Shown here: positions 46,233-57,776 of the stretch, piece after piece
Layout: each line of letters starts with the position of its first letter
How positions within the stretch are numbered: position 1 is the stretch's first letter
NCBI GenBank assembly: GCA_050246895.1
Contig: JBFWVE010000004.1
Coordinates: 71,676 to 135,675 of the forward strand
Length of the DNA: 64,000 bases
DNA from: Vicinamibacteria bacterium
GTDB taxonomy: Bacteria; Acidobacteriota; Vicinamibacteria; Fen-336
Reading direction: 5' to 3'
The notes under the pieces: model-generated
The model's input: only the letters and a program-made list of their open reading frames with translations
Told to the model about the DNA's origin: nothing
Databases searched by the model: none
Made by a program: the position numbers and the translations under genes

Positions 46233-47360
46233 TCAGCGGCGCCGGCCCCGGAGCGGGAGCAGGTCGGGCCCGAGCGAATCGCTCGGCGCGAGCGGGGCCG
46301 CCACCACGCTGGCGATCGCCTCGGCGAGGGTCATCGTGTCCGCCGCCGTGGCGCCCTGGGGCCGGGTCAGCGCGGCGAACCAGGCGTCGGCCATCCGTTC
46401 GTAACCGCGGTCGTTCGGGTGCAAGTGGTCGAAATAGAGGTTCGAGCGGTCCACGTTGTTGGGGAGCGCCTCCTCCATGTTCACCAGCACCACCTTCTCC
46501 TCCGCGGCCATCAAGGCGAGGCGCTCGTTCTGGGACTCGACCCAGTCCTCCCGCTGCGGCGGCACGCGCTCGTCGTAGCCCGTGTTGGGGAGCGGGATGG
46601 TCGCGAGGATCGGCAGGCTGCCTGCCGCGCGCGTCGTGCGCACCATCTCGTGCAGGCTGTCGATCGTGAAGCACGGCGGCTCGAGCTGGCAGCCGCGGTC
46701 GTTCCAGTCGTTGGTGCCGTACATGATCAGCGTGAAGGCGGGCGTGCGGGCGGCCAGGCTGTCCGGCAGGCGCTCGGCGCCACGGTTGCTGCGCGTGCCC
46801 GAGATGCCTTCGTTCTCGACGGTCGCATGGCCGAAGTGGCCGCGCAGGAGGTACTGGAGATGCTGCCGGTAGCCGTTGCCATCGCTCGAGCCCTCGCCCA
46901 GGGTGATCGAGTCGCCGAACGCCATGTAGACGTTGTGCCGCACGCCGGTGATCGGCAGCGTGGCCGGCACCACGATCTGCGTCGTCTGCGGCACCTGCAG
47001 CGACACCCCCTGTCCCGCCTGGTAGTAGCTGGGCAGGCTCGACTGGCGCAGCTTGACCGTCTGCGAGCCCTCGGCGACCTTCAGCACCGCCGAACCGCCG
47101 CCGCCGGTGACGGCGCTTTGCGCGCCCGATTCGACCGTGACGCCCGGCAGTCGCACACCCTCGCTGGGGTCGAGGGCGCCGTTGCCGTCCTCGTCGTAGA
47201 AGACCACCAGCGAGACGTCGTGGAGCACCGGCGGGGGCGTGGCCGGGGCCGAGGGCGTCGGTGTCGGCGCCGCATCCACGCTGGGCCCCGTCGGCGAGTC
47301 GCTGGCGCAGCCAGCGGCGAGCAGCAGGAGCAGCGGCGCGAGGAGATGGCGGAGGCTCAT
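46233..47360 (-). CDS. Lipoprotein SGNH/GDSL hydrolase with SdrD-B-like N-domain
   Basis: Lipobox AAGC; FYDEDGNG; FGDSIT, YGTND, DHLHPN. Confidence 0.85.
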   Translation of the reverse strand: MSLRHLLAPLLLLLAAGCASDSPTGPSVDAAPTPTPSAPATPPPVLHDVSLVVFYDEDGNGALDPSEGVRLPGVTVESGAQSAVTGGGGSAVLKVAEGSQTVKLRQSSLPSYYQAGQGVSLQVPQTTQIVVPATLPITGVRHNVYMAFGDSITLGEGSSDGNGYRQHLQYLLRGHFGHATVENEGISGTRSNRGAERLPDSLAARTPAFTLIMYGTNDWNDRGCQLEPPCFTIDSLHEMVRTTRAAGSLPILATIPLPNTGYDERVPPQREDWVESQNERLALMAAEEKVVLVNMEEALPNNVDRSNLYFDHLHPNDRGYERMADAWFAALTRPQGATAADTMTLAEAIASVVAAPLAPSDSLGPDLLPLRGRRR

Positions 47361-48724
47361 CGGAAGGCGTCCTGATGATCGCCTCCGGCCGCCGGGCGCG
47401 CAAGCCGCGCCCCCCGCGGGCCGAGCACGAGCGCCGCGAAGGCCGCGAACGCGCCCACGTTGAGCGCGGCCGCCAGGCGCACCAGCGCCAGCTCCACGCC
47501 GAAGAACGTGCGGCCGTGCGACGGCCGCGGCACGCCGGTGTCGCCGCCCCACGAGAAGGGCGCCAGCCCCGGCAGCACGGGGTCGTGGAGCGCCAGGTTC
47601 AGCAGCACGCCCACGCTGAGCGCCACGTACGCCAGCTGCCAGGCCCGGCCGCGCGGCAGGAGCGGCGCCAGCAGCGGCAGCGCCAGGAACAGGTGGTTCT
47701 CGTGCATGTGCGTCGCGAGCATGAAGAAGGCCGCGGCCACCAGCGAGGCCTGCGCGAGCAGGGCGTCGCGGGGCACCCCGCCGCCCGCCGCGCGCGCCGC
47801 CCGCAGCGCCGCACGCGCCACAGCCAGGTAGACGACGCCGAAAGCCATCAGACCGAGGGCGCTCGGCGTGAACGGGCCGAGCACGGGCGCCTCGGCGTCG
47901 CGCCAGGGGCCGAGCAGGAACCACACGTTGTGCGCGTTGACCGAGGTGTACGGCATGGCGCCGAGGTCGCCGGCGACGCGCGCCGCGACCCCGCCGAGCG
48001 CGCCGGCGAGGGCAAAGGGCAGGCAGACCAGAGCGACGATGCCCGCGGCGGCGAGAGCGGAGACGGCGAGGTCGCGGGCGGCGGCCGCCGCCGCGGCCCG
48101 CCAGGCGGCCCGTCCCCGCGCCGCGGGCAGGTGCCTCAGCGCGATCGCGAGCGCCAGCAGGGGGACGAGCGGCGCGCCGAGCGGCTTCATCAGCGTGGCC
48201 AGCGTCAACAGCGCGAAAGCGGGCGCCGGGCCCAGCCGCTCGAGCGCCAGGAACGCGGCGAGCGCGAGGAAGCCCAGCACGGAGTCGGGATGCCCCCAGA
48301 GGCCCGTGTCGAACACGACGCCGGGGTTCGTCAGATAGGCGCCCGCCACCGCCGTCGGCCAGCCCGATGCGGCGCCAGCGGAGGCGCGCACGGCGAGGAA
48401 CAGCAGCGCCCCCGTCAGCAGGTCGAAGACGAGCGGCGGCAGCTTGGCGAGCGCGCGCCAGAGCGCCGGGTCCACGCGCCCCTGGCGCACCTCGGTCTCG
48501 CTCGCGAGCGAGGCGTAGAGCGAGCCGAGCGGCGAAAGCAGGTAGGCGTAGACGGGGGGGTAGTCCATGTCGGAGTCGCGGTAGACCGAGGCGACGCCGC
48601 CCCTGGCCGCGGCCAGCGCCCAGCGCCGGTAGGCCTTGAGGTCGTCCTCGTAGCCGGGCTGAACGAGCAGCACGCCGCGCAGGACCAGGTAGCCGGCGAG
48701 CAGCAGCAGCGGTGGGCGCGGCAT
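47357..48724 (-). CDS. GT-C type multi-pass membrane glycosyltransferase (mannosyltransferase-like)
   Basis: DYPPVY, KLP..FD, NP, WGHPDS, MHENH. Confidence 0.75.
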   Translation of the reverse strand: MPRPPLLLLAGYLVLRGVLLVQPGYEDDLKAYRRWALAAARGGVASVYRDSDMDYPPVYAYLLSPLGSLYASLASETEVRQGRVDPALWRALAKLPPLVFDLLTGALLFLAVRASAGAASGWPTAVAGAYLTNPGVVFDTGLWGHPDSVLGFLALAAFLALERLGPAPAFALLTLATLMKPLGAPLVPLLALAIALRHLPAARGRAAWRAAAAAAARDLAVSALAAAGIVALVCLPFALAGALGGVAARVAGDLGAMPYTSVNAHNVWFLLGPWRDAEAPVLGPFTPSALGLMAFGVVYLAVARAALRAARAAGGGVPRDALLAQASLVAAAFFMLATHMHENHLFLALPLLAPLLPRGRAWQLAYVALSVGVLLNLALHDPVLPGLAPFSWGGDTGVPRPSHGRTFFGVELALVRLAAALNVGAFAAFAALVLGPRGARLARPAAGGDHQDAFR

Positions 48725-48849
48725 CGGGATCGTGCTGTGCGCTCCGCGACCGTGCACGCGTGGGGCAGTTCGATCTCGGCGCGGCGCCGTAAAGCGGCGT
48801 CGTCCATGAGGCCCAGAGCGGCGCGGCAGTGTAGCATGCGAGCGACATC

Positions 48850-50106
48850 ATGATCGCCCGCGAGGTCCTGAAGAACGGTCTCACCGTCGTCACCGAGGCG
48901 ATGCCGCACGTGCGCTCGGTGGCGATCGGCGTGTGGCTCAAGCGCGGCAGCCGCCACGAGACGCTGCGCGAGGCGGGGATCAGCCACTTCATCGAGCACA
49001 TGGTGTTCAAGGGCACCCGCCACCGCTCGGCCGAGCAGATCGCGGAGCAGGTGGACTCGATCGGCGGCCACATGGACGCCTTCACCGCCAAGGAGTACGC
49101 CTCCTTCCACTTGAAGGTGCTCGACGAGCACCTGCCGCTGGCGGTCGAGATCCTGGGCGACATCGTGCTGCATCCGCTGTTCAACCCCCTCGAGATGGCC
49201 AAGGAGAAGAAGGTCATCTTCGAGGAGATGAGCATGGTCGAGGACACGCCCGACGACCTGGTGATGGAGCTGTTCTCGGGAGCCTTCTGGCCGGACCACC
49301 CGCTGGGGCGGCCGATCCTCGGCACGCGCGGCAGCGTCGACCGGCTGCGGCGCGACCAGCTCGCGTCCTTCTTCAAGAAGGTCTACCAGCCTTCCAACAT
49401 CCTGGTGGCCGCCGCCGGCCACCTCGACCACGCGAAGGTGAGGCGCCTCGTCGAGCGCCATTTCGGCGCCCTGCGTGGCGGCCGGCCGCCGGCCGTGCCA
49501 CGGCCGCCGCGGCCGAAGGCCGCCGTCGTCACCCGGCACAAGCGCGAGCTGGAGCAGGTCCACGTCTGCCTGGGGACGCCCGCCTACCCGCAGGGGCACG
49601 AGGCGCGCTACGCGGTCTACATCCTCAACACGGTGCTGGGCGGCGCGATGTCGTCGCGGCTGTTCCAGAACGTGCGCGAGCGGCGCGCGCTCGTCTACTC
49701 GATCTCCTCGGGCATCACCTCCTACTCGGATGCCGGCAACCTCACCGTCTACGCGGGCACCAGCCTCGACAGCCTCGACGAGGTGCTGAAGCTGACCCTC
49801 CACGAGCTGCGCCGGATGCGCCAGGAGAAGGTGCCCGAGCCCGAGCTGCGCCGGGCCAAGGACCACCTGAAAGGCAGCCTGATGCTCTCGCTCGAGAACA
49901 CCGGCAGCCGCATGAGCCACCTGGCGCGCCAGGAGATCTACTACGGCCGGCAGCTCGACATGGACGAGGTGCTGCGGCGGATCGAGGCGGTCAGCGCCGA
50001 CGACGTGCTGAGGGTCGCCGCCGAGCTGTTCTCCGGCCAGCTCGCGATGAGCCTCCTCGGCAACCTGAAAGGCTATCGGCCGAAGCCGTCCCTGTTGCGA
50101 ATGTGA
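48850..50106 (+). CDS. M16 (pitrilysin-family) zinc peptidase
   Basis: HFIEHMVFKG (HxxEH), LGGAMSSRLFQNVRE. Confidence 0.93.
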   Translation: MIAREVLKNGLTVVTEAMPHVRSVAIGVWLKRGSRHETLREAGISHFIEHMVFKGTRHRSAEQIAEQVDSIGGHMDAFTAKEYASFHLKVLDEHLPLAVEILGDIVLHPLFNPLEMAKEKKVIFEEMSMVEDTPDDLVMELFSGAFWPDHPLGRPILGTRGSVDRLRRDQLASFFKKVYQPSNILVAAAGHLDHAKVRRLVERHFGALRGGRPPAVPRPPRPKAAVVTRHKRELEQVHVCLGTPAYPQGHEARYAVYILNTVLGGAMSSRLFQNVRERRALVYSISSGITSYSDAGNLTVYAGTSLDSLDEVLKLTLHELRRMRQEKVPEPELRRAKDHLKGSLMLSLENTGSRMSHLARQEIYYGRQLDMDEVLRRIEAVSADDVLRVAAELFSGQLAMSLLGNLKGYRPKPSLLRM

Positions 50107-50939
50107 GGGCGGCACTGCGCTTCCGCCTGCTCGGCTCGGGCAGCGGCGGCAACGCGACGCTGGTCGAGGCCGGGGGCACCCGGTTGCTGCTCGACGCCGG
50201 CCTCGGCCCGCGCGAGCTGGCCGAGCGGCTGAAGGACGCGGGCGTCGACCCGGCCTCGCTCGACGCGATCCTGCTCTCGCACGAGCACGGCGACCACGCG
50301 AAGGGCGCGCCGTCCTTCTCGCGCAAGTGGGGCGTGCCGCTCTACGGCACGCGCGGCACCTACGCGGCGGCGGGTCTCGGCGCCTGCGAGGTCGCCGGCT
50401 ACGAGGTGATCGTGGCGGGCACGCCGCTGCGAATCGGGTCGCTCTCGGTGGAGCCGATCGCGATCCCGCACGACGCCGCGGAGCCCGTCGCGTTCACGCT
50501 GTCCTTCCGCGGCGCGGTCTTCGGCCACGCGACCGACCTCGGGCACATCTCGCGCGGCCTGTGCCAGGCGTTCCGGCCCTGCCAGGCGGTGCTCGTCGAG
50601 TCGAACTACGAGCCGCACATGCTGCGCGACGGTCCCTACCCGTGGTCGCTCAAGGAGCGCATCCTGGGACCGCGGGGACATCTCGCGAACGCCGACGTCG
50701 GCCGCTTCATCGCGACCGAGCTGGGAGGCGACTGCGCGCGCCTCGTGCTCGCCCACCTCTCGCAGCAGAACAACCATCCGGAGCTCGTTCGCATGACGGC
50801 CGAGACGGCCCTCGCGCGCTGCGGTCGCCCGGACGTCGAGATCACGGTGAGCGGAGCGGACGGCACCGGCTGGATCGAGCTGCCGGCGCTCGAGCCGGAA
50901 CCCGTCACGCCCGCCGGCCGCCAGTTGCGGCTGTTCTAG
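50103..50939 (+). CDS. YycJ/WalJ-like MBL-fold hydrolase
   Basis: GSGSGGNA, SHEHGDH, PHDA, ESNY, LAHLSQQNN; GTG overlaps the upstream stop. Confidence 0.88.
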   Translation: MRAALRFRLLGSGSGGNATLVEAGGTRLLLDAGLGPRELAERLKDAGVDPASLDAILLSHEHGDHAKGAPSFSRKWGVPLYGTRGTYAAAGLGACEVAGYEVIVAGTPLRIGSLSVEPIAIPHDAAEPVAFTLSFRGAVFGHATDLGHISRGLCQAFRPCQAVLVESNYEPHMLRDGPYPWSLKERILGPRGHLANADVGRFIATELGGDCARLVLAHLSQQNNHPELVRMTAETALARCGRPDVEITVSGADGTGWIELPALEPEPVTPAGRQLRLF

Positions 50940-50945
50940 CCGAGG

Positions 50946-52408
50946 CTACGGCCGGGTGTCGACCTCGGCCTGAGCGCGGGGGCCGCGGAGTTCCGCGATC
51001 AAGCCGGTCTTATCGTTAGGCGAGAAGGCCAGCTCGAAGCCGTGGCGCAGGGCGACCTCACGGGCGATGCTGAGGCCGAGGCCCAGGCCTTCGGGATGTC
51101 GCGAGCGCGCCTCGTCCGTGCGGAAGCGGCGCTCGCCCAGACGCGCGAGCTGCTCGGGCGGCACGCCGGGGCCGTCGTCCGACACGCGAAGCACGAAGCG
51201 GCCGCCAGGGGCCTCGTCCAGGACCATCGCGACATGGCCGCCGCCGTGGTTGTGTCGCACCGCGTTGTGGGCGAGGTTGCCCACCGCCTGCTCGACCAGC
51301 GTGACGTCGCCGTCGATCAGCAGCGGCGCCTCGGGCACCGCGTGGCCGATCTCGATCCCGCGCGAGGAGGCGATCGGGCGATGGCGCGCCACCACCCGCT
51401 CGACGACCGCGCCGAGGTCGAACGAGTGACGCTGCAGCAGCGGCTCGCCGGCCTCCAGCTTGGCCGCGGCTGACAGGTTCTCGAGCAGTGAGGCGACGTA
51501 GCCCGTCTCCTCGGCGGCGGCCGCGACGAGGCTCGCGTGGGGCTCGCCGGCAGGAAGCTGCTTCAGGCGCGCCAGGTGCCCCTGGAGCACGGTGAGCGGC
51601 AGCATCAGGTCGTGGGTGGTGTTGCCGAGGAAGCCGCGCAGCGTCTCCTCGCGCTCTCGCGCGGTGAGCAGCTGGGCGCGGACCTCGGCGGCGGCCTCGT
51701 TGAAAGCCCGGGCCAGTTCGGCCACCTCGTCGCCGCCTTCGACGCGAACCGGCTCGGTGTAGCCGCCGGCGACGCTGCGGCCCACGTCGCGCGTGAGGTT
51801 ACGGATGCGGCGCACCACGGGGCCTGCGGAGAGCAGCACCGCCGCCAGCACGCCGAGAGCGAGCAGAGCCGCTCCCGGAAGCAGGCCCAGGCCGGGTCCG
51901 AGACGGGGCGGCGGCCCGCCGAGGGTGGCGATCACGGCGCACGGCCCCTCGTTCCACGACATGCGCACCGCGACCAGCAGCTCGTCGCCGCTCGCGGCGC
52001 TCGCGACCTCTGCCCCGGCGGCGAGCCTGCGCCGGATGGCATCGGTCAGCGCGGGCGCGCCCGGATCGGCGGGCTCGAGCCTCTCGGTGTAGGCGTACGA
52101 GCGGGGCGGACGCCAGCGCTGCCCGCCGGGTCGCGGCCCGCCGGCGCCAAATCCGCCGAGGCCCGGGCTCCCGGGTCCGGGGCCGCCGGGTCGCGGCTCG
52201 GGGCCCGGAGGCCGTCGCCAGCCCTCCTGCAGGTGGACCGGATCCGCCTCGCAACGCTCGCGGCCTGCCGCGTCCATCCGCGCCTGCGTGAAGACCCGCG
52301 CCGCGTCCTCCACCGCCCGGCGCGAGAGCTGCTCCTGGACCCAGACCAGCGCGCCCAGCAGCGGCACGACGGCCAGCAGCACGGTCGCGGCCAGCCGCCG
52401 TCGCAGCG

Positions 52409-52412
<4 letters not shown>
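50946..52412 (-). CDS. HAMP-domain sensor histidine kinase
   Basis: THDLMLPL, NAVRH, DDGPG, GLGLGL. Confidence 0.9.
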
Positions 52413-53074
<662 letters not shown>

Positions 53075-53108
53075 CGCCGACTCGAAGTGTGACCCAGTTC
53101 GCCGCGCT

Positions 53109-53130
53109 TAAGGATTCGGCAAGGTTCGGA
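53109..53130. promoter_or_regulatory. Possible OmpR-type tandem binding site
   Basis: TAAGGATTCGG / CAAGGTTCGG direct repeat with 11-bp period between the divergent regulator and Spy-like genes. Confidence 0.4.
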
Positions 53131-53242
53131 CGGTCCCAACTTTGCAGGTACGGTGGCGCAGGACGCCGCGTTCCGCGCAGGGGACGCCCGGCTCAAGGAA
53201 CTCGAAAGGCCGCTGCGGTCTGAATCCAAAGAGGGCGGGGAG

Positions 53243-53770
53243 ATGAAGAGCGTATCGCGGTGGATGACGGTCGCAGGAGCCGTCGCGCTCTGCGCGGCGG
53301 CGGCGTTCACGACGTTCGCGGGTCCGCAGGGCGGTGCGGGCGAGCGCGGCCCGCGCGGGGAGCTCGGCCCCGGTGGGCCACCGGAGCTTCGCCTGCTGGA
53401 CCTCACCGAGGCTCAGCAAACGGCCTTCCGGGAGCTGATGACGCAGCAGCGCGAAGCGGCGCGGCCTGTGATGGAGAGACAGCGCGAGCTGCACGAGAAG
53501 CTGCGCGAGGCGCTCGCGGCGGATCCCGTGAACGAGAATGAGGTCGGCCAGATCGTGGTCGAGAGCCATCGGCTGCGCGAGCAGATGAAGGCAGGCCACG
53601 ACAAGGCGATGGCGCAGTTCGAGTCCTTTCTCACGGCTCAGCAGGTGCAGTTGTGGGCGAAGATCCGGGCGAGCCGCGAAAAGGAGCGCGGTCGCTTCGG
53701 AGGCGGCGGCCCGACCCCGGGAGGCTTCCTCCCTCCCGGACCTCCAATCGAGCCGCCGTTCGAACGGTGA
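53243..53770 (+). CDS. Spy/CpxP-family periplasmic protein
   Basis: Signal peptide; LDLTEAQQ and LTAQQ (LTxxQ) motifs. Confidence 0.82.
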   Translation: MKSVSRWMTVAGAVALCAAAAFTTFAGPQGGAGERGPRGELGPGGPPELRLLDLTEAQQTAFRELMTQQREAARPVMERQRELHEKLREALAADPVNENEVGQIVVESHRLREQMKAGHDKAMAQFESFLTAQQVQLWAKIRASREKERGRFGGGGPTPGGFLPPGPPIEPPFER

Positions 53771-53890
53771 CGGTGGGCGGCAGGGCGGAGCGGGACGCGA
53801 CAGGCCCGCTCCGTCCTGCCGCGGCGAGGAGGGGAAGATCCTCGACGCCGCGGGACGCGCGCGTGGCTGGTCGCTGGAGGAGGCGGAACG

Positions 53891-54580
53891 ATGAAGCGGA
53901 GCGGAGTGGCAACCATGGGTGTGATGGCGGCCGGCGCGCTCTTGGCGCTGACGCCGGCGCACGGCCGCGCGGCGGAGCGCCCGCACCCTGACTTCACAGG
54001 ACGCTGGCAGTTGAACGCTGAAGAGAGCGAGGACGCGCGGGCGAAGCTGGCCGAGGCCCGCGGCCGCGCGGGCCGGCCGGGCGGAGGCGGCGCGGATGGG
54101 CCGGGAGGGGGCGGCATGGGCCCGAGCGGCGGCGGGATGGGCGGGCCCGGTGGCGGTAGCAGGGGCGGCGGCGGGCGTGGCGGCGGGCGCCGCCCTGGCG
54201 ATTCCGGCCCTGCCGGCGGCTCGGCCATGCGCGCGTTGATCGACGCGCCGGCGATGCTCACGATCACCGGCACCGACGCGGAGATGACCCTCGACGGCGG
54301 CGACGGCGAGCTCCTGCGCATCCACGTCGACGGCAGGTCGTACGAGCGCCAGGGTGGTGAGTTGAAGACCCGCGCCGAGTGGAAGGACGAAGCGCTCGTC
54401 GTCGTCACGACGCCCAAGCAGGGCGACGCGAGGGTGACGACGACCTACGTGCTGCGCGCGGCGAAGCGCAAGCTCGAGATCGTCAGCAAGCTCAGCGGCA
54501 GCCGCATGGGCGACGTGAGCATCAAGCGTGTCTACGACGCGGTCGCGGTCGAAGGCGCGCCACCGAAGCCGCAGCCCTAG
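53891..54580 (+). CDS. Secreted Gly-rich hypothetical protein (lipocalin-like barrel)
   Basis: Signal peptide, PDFTGRWQLN, Gly-rich loop, C-terminal KRVYD. Confidence 0.6.
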   Translation: MKRSGVATMGVMAAGALLALTPAHGRAAERPHPDFTGRWQLNAEESEDARAKLAEARGRAGRPGGGGADGPGGGGMGPSGGGMGGPGGGSRGGGGRGGGRRPGDSGPAGGSAMRALIDAPAMLTITGTDAEMTLDGGDGELLRIHVDGRSYERQGGELKTRAEWKDEALVVVTTPKQGDARVTTTYVLRAAKRKLEIVSKLSGSRMGDVSIKRVYDAVAVEGAPPKPQP

Positions 54581-54672
54581 GAGGTCTCGCGCCGGTCGTT
54601 CCAGCCGACGTGGCGCCGGCGCGCCGGCCTCGAGCCCCGCGCCGCGCCTGCCCCGCTCCGCCTAACGCGGAA

Positions 54673-56388
54673 TCACGTGGGCACCAGCTCCGGATACTCC
54701 GGCTCCCAGCGCGCCTCGGCGACGCGGCCCGGGACGTCGGCGTCGTCGATCGCGAGACCGACGCCCGCGTCGCGGGCCGCGCGCACCACGGCCTCGGCGA
54801 CGGCGGCGGTGACCTCGCGGATCGAGCCGATCGGCGGCAGCAGCGCGCCCTCGGCCAGCAGCTCGGGCGAGACCTGCGCCGCCAGCGCCTCGGCCGCGGC
54901 CAGCAGCATGCCGTCCGTCACCTCGCGCGCCTCGGCGACGATCGCGCCGAGGCCGATGCCGGGAAACACCAGCGCGTTGTTGCCCTGCGCCACGCGCACG
55001 CTGCGCTCGCCGAGCCTCACCGGAGGGAACGGGCTGCCGGTGGCGACGAGCGCGCGCCCCTCGGTCCAGATCAGCACGTCGCCCGGCGTCGCCTCGGCCT
55101 GGGCCGTGGGGTTCGACAACGGCAGCACCAGCGGCCGCGCGACGTGGCGGGCCATCTCGCGCACGACCGCCTCATCGAAGGCGCCCGCCGCGCCGGAGAC
55201 GCCGACGAGAGCCGTCGGGTGGAGCGCGCCCACCACCGCGAACAGGTCGCGGCGCTCGCCGAGGCCGGCCGCGCGCGCCAGCTCGGCCGGCCAGGTCAGC
55301 TCGCGCCGGTACTCCTCGACCGGCCGGTCGTCCACCATCAGGCCGTCGAGGTCCACCACGGCGATCGCCCGCTGCAAGGCGTCGCCCGAAAGGCCGGCGC
55401 GGGCGAGCGCCAGGCGCAGCATGCGGCCGATGCCGGCGCCGGCGGCGCCGCCGCCGAGGATGACCACGCGCTGGTCCGCGAGCGCGACGCCGGTGGCGCG
55501 AGCTCCCGCCGTCAGCGCCGCGAGCAGCGTGGCGCCGGTGCCTTGCACGTCGTCGTTGAACGAAGGCAGCTCGCGGCGGTAGCGGTCGAGCAGCGCGAAG
55601 GCCGTGCCCTTGCGGAAGTCCTCCCACTGCAACAGCGCACGCGGGAAGCGCCGCTTCACGGCCTGCACGAACTCGTCGACCAGCGCGTCGTACGGCGCGC
55701 CGCGCAACCGCGGCTGCCGCCAGCCGACGTAGAGCTCGTCGGCGAGCAGCCATTGATTGTCGGTGCCGACGTCGAGGCTGACGGGCAGCGTGAAGGCGGG
55801 ATGGATGCCCGCCGCCGCCGAGTAGAGCGCCAGCTTGCCGACCGGGATCGGCATGCCGCCCGCGCCCTGGTCCCCGATGCCGAGGATGCTCTCGTTGTCT
55901 GTCGCCACGATCAGCCGTACGTCCTCGTAGGGCGCGTTGCCCAGCGTCTCGTAGATGCGCCCCCGGTGGCCGGGGTTGATCCAGAGCCCGCGCGCGCGGC
56001 GGAAGATGCGGCTGTACTCCTGGCAGGCGCGGCCGACGGTGGGCGTGTAGACGATCGGCAGCAGCTCCTCGAGATGGTCGACCAGCACCCTGTAGAACAG
56101 CGGCTCGCTGCGGTCCTGCAGCGCCGCCAGGCCGATGTAGCGCTCGAGAGGATCGGTCTTGCGCTCCAAGTTGCCGTAGGCCCGGCGCGCCTGCTGCTCC
56201 ATCGTGCTGACGACGCCGGGCAGCAGCCCGTCGACGCCGAACGTCCGGCGTTCCTCGCCGCTGAAGGCGGTGCTCTTGTTGAACATCGGGCGGTCGAGCA
56301 GGTGGCGGCCGCGGAAAGGGCAGAAGACGCGAAGGCGCCCGCCGGGACGCCGCTCGTAGCGGAAGGGCTCCATTCCGAGCATTCTCAC
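54673..56388 (-). CDS. maeA: NAD-dependent malic enzyme
   Basis: FNKSTAF, PIVYTPTVG, ILGIGDQG, QWEDF, FNDDVQGT, LSNPT; start uncertain. Confidence 0.93.
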   Translation of the reverse strand: MRMLGMEPFRYERRPGGRLRVFCPFRGRHLLDRPMFNKSTAFSGEERRTFGVDGLLPGVVSTMEQQARRAYGNLERKTDPLERYIGLAALQDRSEPLFYRVLVDHLEELLPIVYTPTVGRACQEYSRIFRRARGLWINPGHRGRIYETLGNAPYEDVRLIVATDNESILGIGDQGAGGMPIPVGKLALYSAAAGIHPAFTLPVSLDVGTDNQWLLADELYVGWRQPRLRGAPYDALVDEFVQAVKRRFPRALLQWEDFRKGTAFALLDRYRRELPSFNDDVQGTGATLLAALTAGARATGVALADQRVVILGGGAAGAGIGRMLRLALARAGLSGDALQRAIAVVDLDGLMVDDRPVEEYRRELTWPAELARAAGLGERRDLFAVVGALHPTALVGVSGAAGAFDEAVVREMARHVARPLVLPLSNPTAQAEATPGDVLIWTEGRALVATGSPFPPVRLGERSVRVAQGNNALVFPGIGLGAIVAEAREVTDGMLLAAAEALAAQVSPELLAEGALLPPIGSIREVTAAVAEAVVRAARDAGVGLAIDDADVPGRVAEARWEPEYPELVPT

Positions 56389-56462
56389 CGATCCGCCCCG
56401 GGGGCCCGAAGAGCACGCGCCCGGAGGCCGCGCTCGCGGGCTGCTAGACTGCTGCGCGCCGC

Positions 56463-57776
56463 ATGATCCCGCGCTACTCGCGGCCCGAGATGGGCCGCAT
56501 CTGGTCGGAAGACAACAAGTTCCGGGCCTGGCTCGCGGTCGAGATCGCCGCCACGGAGGTGCTCGCCCTTCGCGGCGTCGTGCCCGCCGAGGCCCTGCGC
56601 GCGATCCGCGAGAAGGCGCGCTTCGACGTCGCCCGCATCGAGGAGATCGAGCAGGACGTCCAGCACGACGTGATCGCCTTCGTCTCGTGCGTCGCCGAGA
56701 ACGTGGGCCCCGAGGGACGCTGGCTGCACTACGGCCTGACGTCCTCCGACGTGGTCGACACGGCGCTCGCGCTGCTGATGCGCGACGCGCTCGATCTGAT
56801 CTCGCAGGACGTCGCGGCGCTGCTGGAGGTGGTCAGGCGTCGGGCCTTCGAGTTCCAGCACGCGCCGATGATCGGGCGCACCCACGGCGTCCACGCCGAG
56901 CCGATGACCTTCGGCCTCAAGCTGGCGCTCTGGTACGCCGAGCTCCAGCGCGGGCAGGCGCGGATCGCGCGGGCGCGGGAGACGATCGCCGTCGGCAAGC
57001 TGTCGGGCGCGGTCGGCACCTTCTCGCACCTGCCGCCGGAGGTGGAGCAGGCCGTCTGCGCCAGGCTCGGGCTGCGGCCGGCGCCGATCGCCTCGCAGGT
57101 GCTGCAGCGCGACCGCCACGCCGAGGTGATGACGACGCTGGCGATCCTGGCCGCCAGCCTGGAGAAGTTCGCGACCGAGGTGCGCGCGCTCCAGAAGACC
57201 GAGGTGCGCGAGCTGGAGGAGCCCTTCGGCTCGAAGCAGAAGGGCAGCTCGGCGATGCCGCACAAGCGCAACCCGGTCGGCTGCGAGCAGATCACCGGGC
57301 TCGCGCGCCTCGTGCGCGCGAACGCTCTCGCCGAGCTCGAGAACGTGGCGCTCTGGCACGAGCGCGACATCTCGCACTCGTCCGTCGAGCGCGTGATCGT
57401 GCCCGACAGCTTCCTGGCGCTCGACCACATGCTGCGGCGTTTCACGAGCATCGTGAGCGGCATGGGCGTCGACGTGGCGCGGATGCGCCGGAACCTCGAC
57501 GCCGGCCGCGGCCTCGTCTTCTCGGGCCAGCTGCTGCTCGAGCTGACGGCGCGGGGCCTGCGGCGCGAGGACGCCTACCGCATCGTGCAGGGCCACGCGA
57601 TGGAGGCCTGGAAGAGCGAGGGCGACTTCCGGGCGCGTGTCGAGCAGGATCCCGAGGTGCGCGCGGTGCTGCCGGCCGGAGAGCTCGCCGAGGTCTTCCG
57701 CCTCGAGCGCTACCTCGCCCACGTGGACGCGCTGTTCGACCGGGTCTTCGGGACGGCGGAGGCTCGCGATCGATGA
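56463..57776 (+). CDS. purB: Adenylosuccinate lyase
   Basis: GRTHGVHAEP, GSSAMPHKRNP, WHERDISHSS. Confidence 0.97.
   Translation: MIPRYSRPEMGRIWSEDNKFRAWLAVEIAATEVLALRGVVPAEALRAIREKARFDVARIEEIEQDVQHDVIAFVSCVAENVGPEGRWLHYGLTSSDVVDTALALLMRDALDLISQDVAALLEVVRRRAFEFQHAPMIGRTHGVHAEPMTFGLKLALWYAELQRGQARIARARETIAVGKLSGAVGTFSHLPPEVEQAVCARLGLRPAPIASQVLQRDRHAEVMTTLAILAASLEKFATEVRALQKTEVRELEEPFGSKQKGSSAMPHKRNPVGCEQITGLARLVRANALAELENVALWHERDISHSSVERVIVPDSFLALDHMLRRFTSIVSGMGVDVARMRRNLDAGRGLVFSGQLLLELTARGLRREDAYRIVQGHAMEAWKSEGDFRARVEQDPEVRAVLPAGELAEVFRLERYLAHVDALFDRVFGTAEARDR

Noticed and set aside
54060-54200. GGC-rich repeat tract
   Set aside because: Encodes a Gly-rich loop in a secreted protein and is not an independent element.
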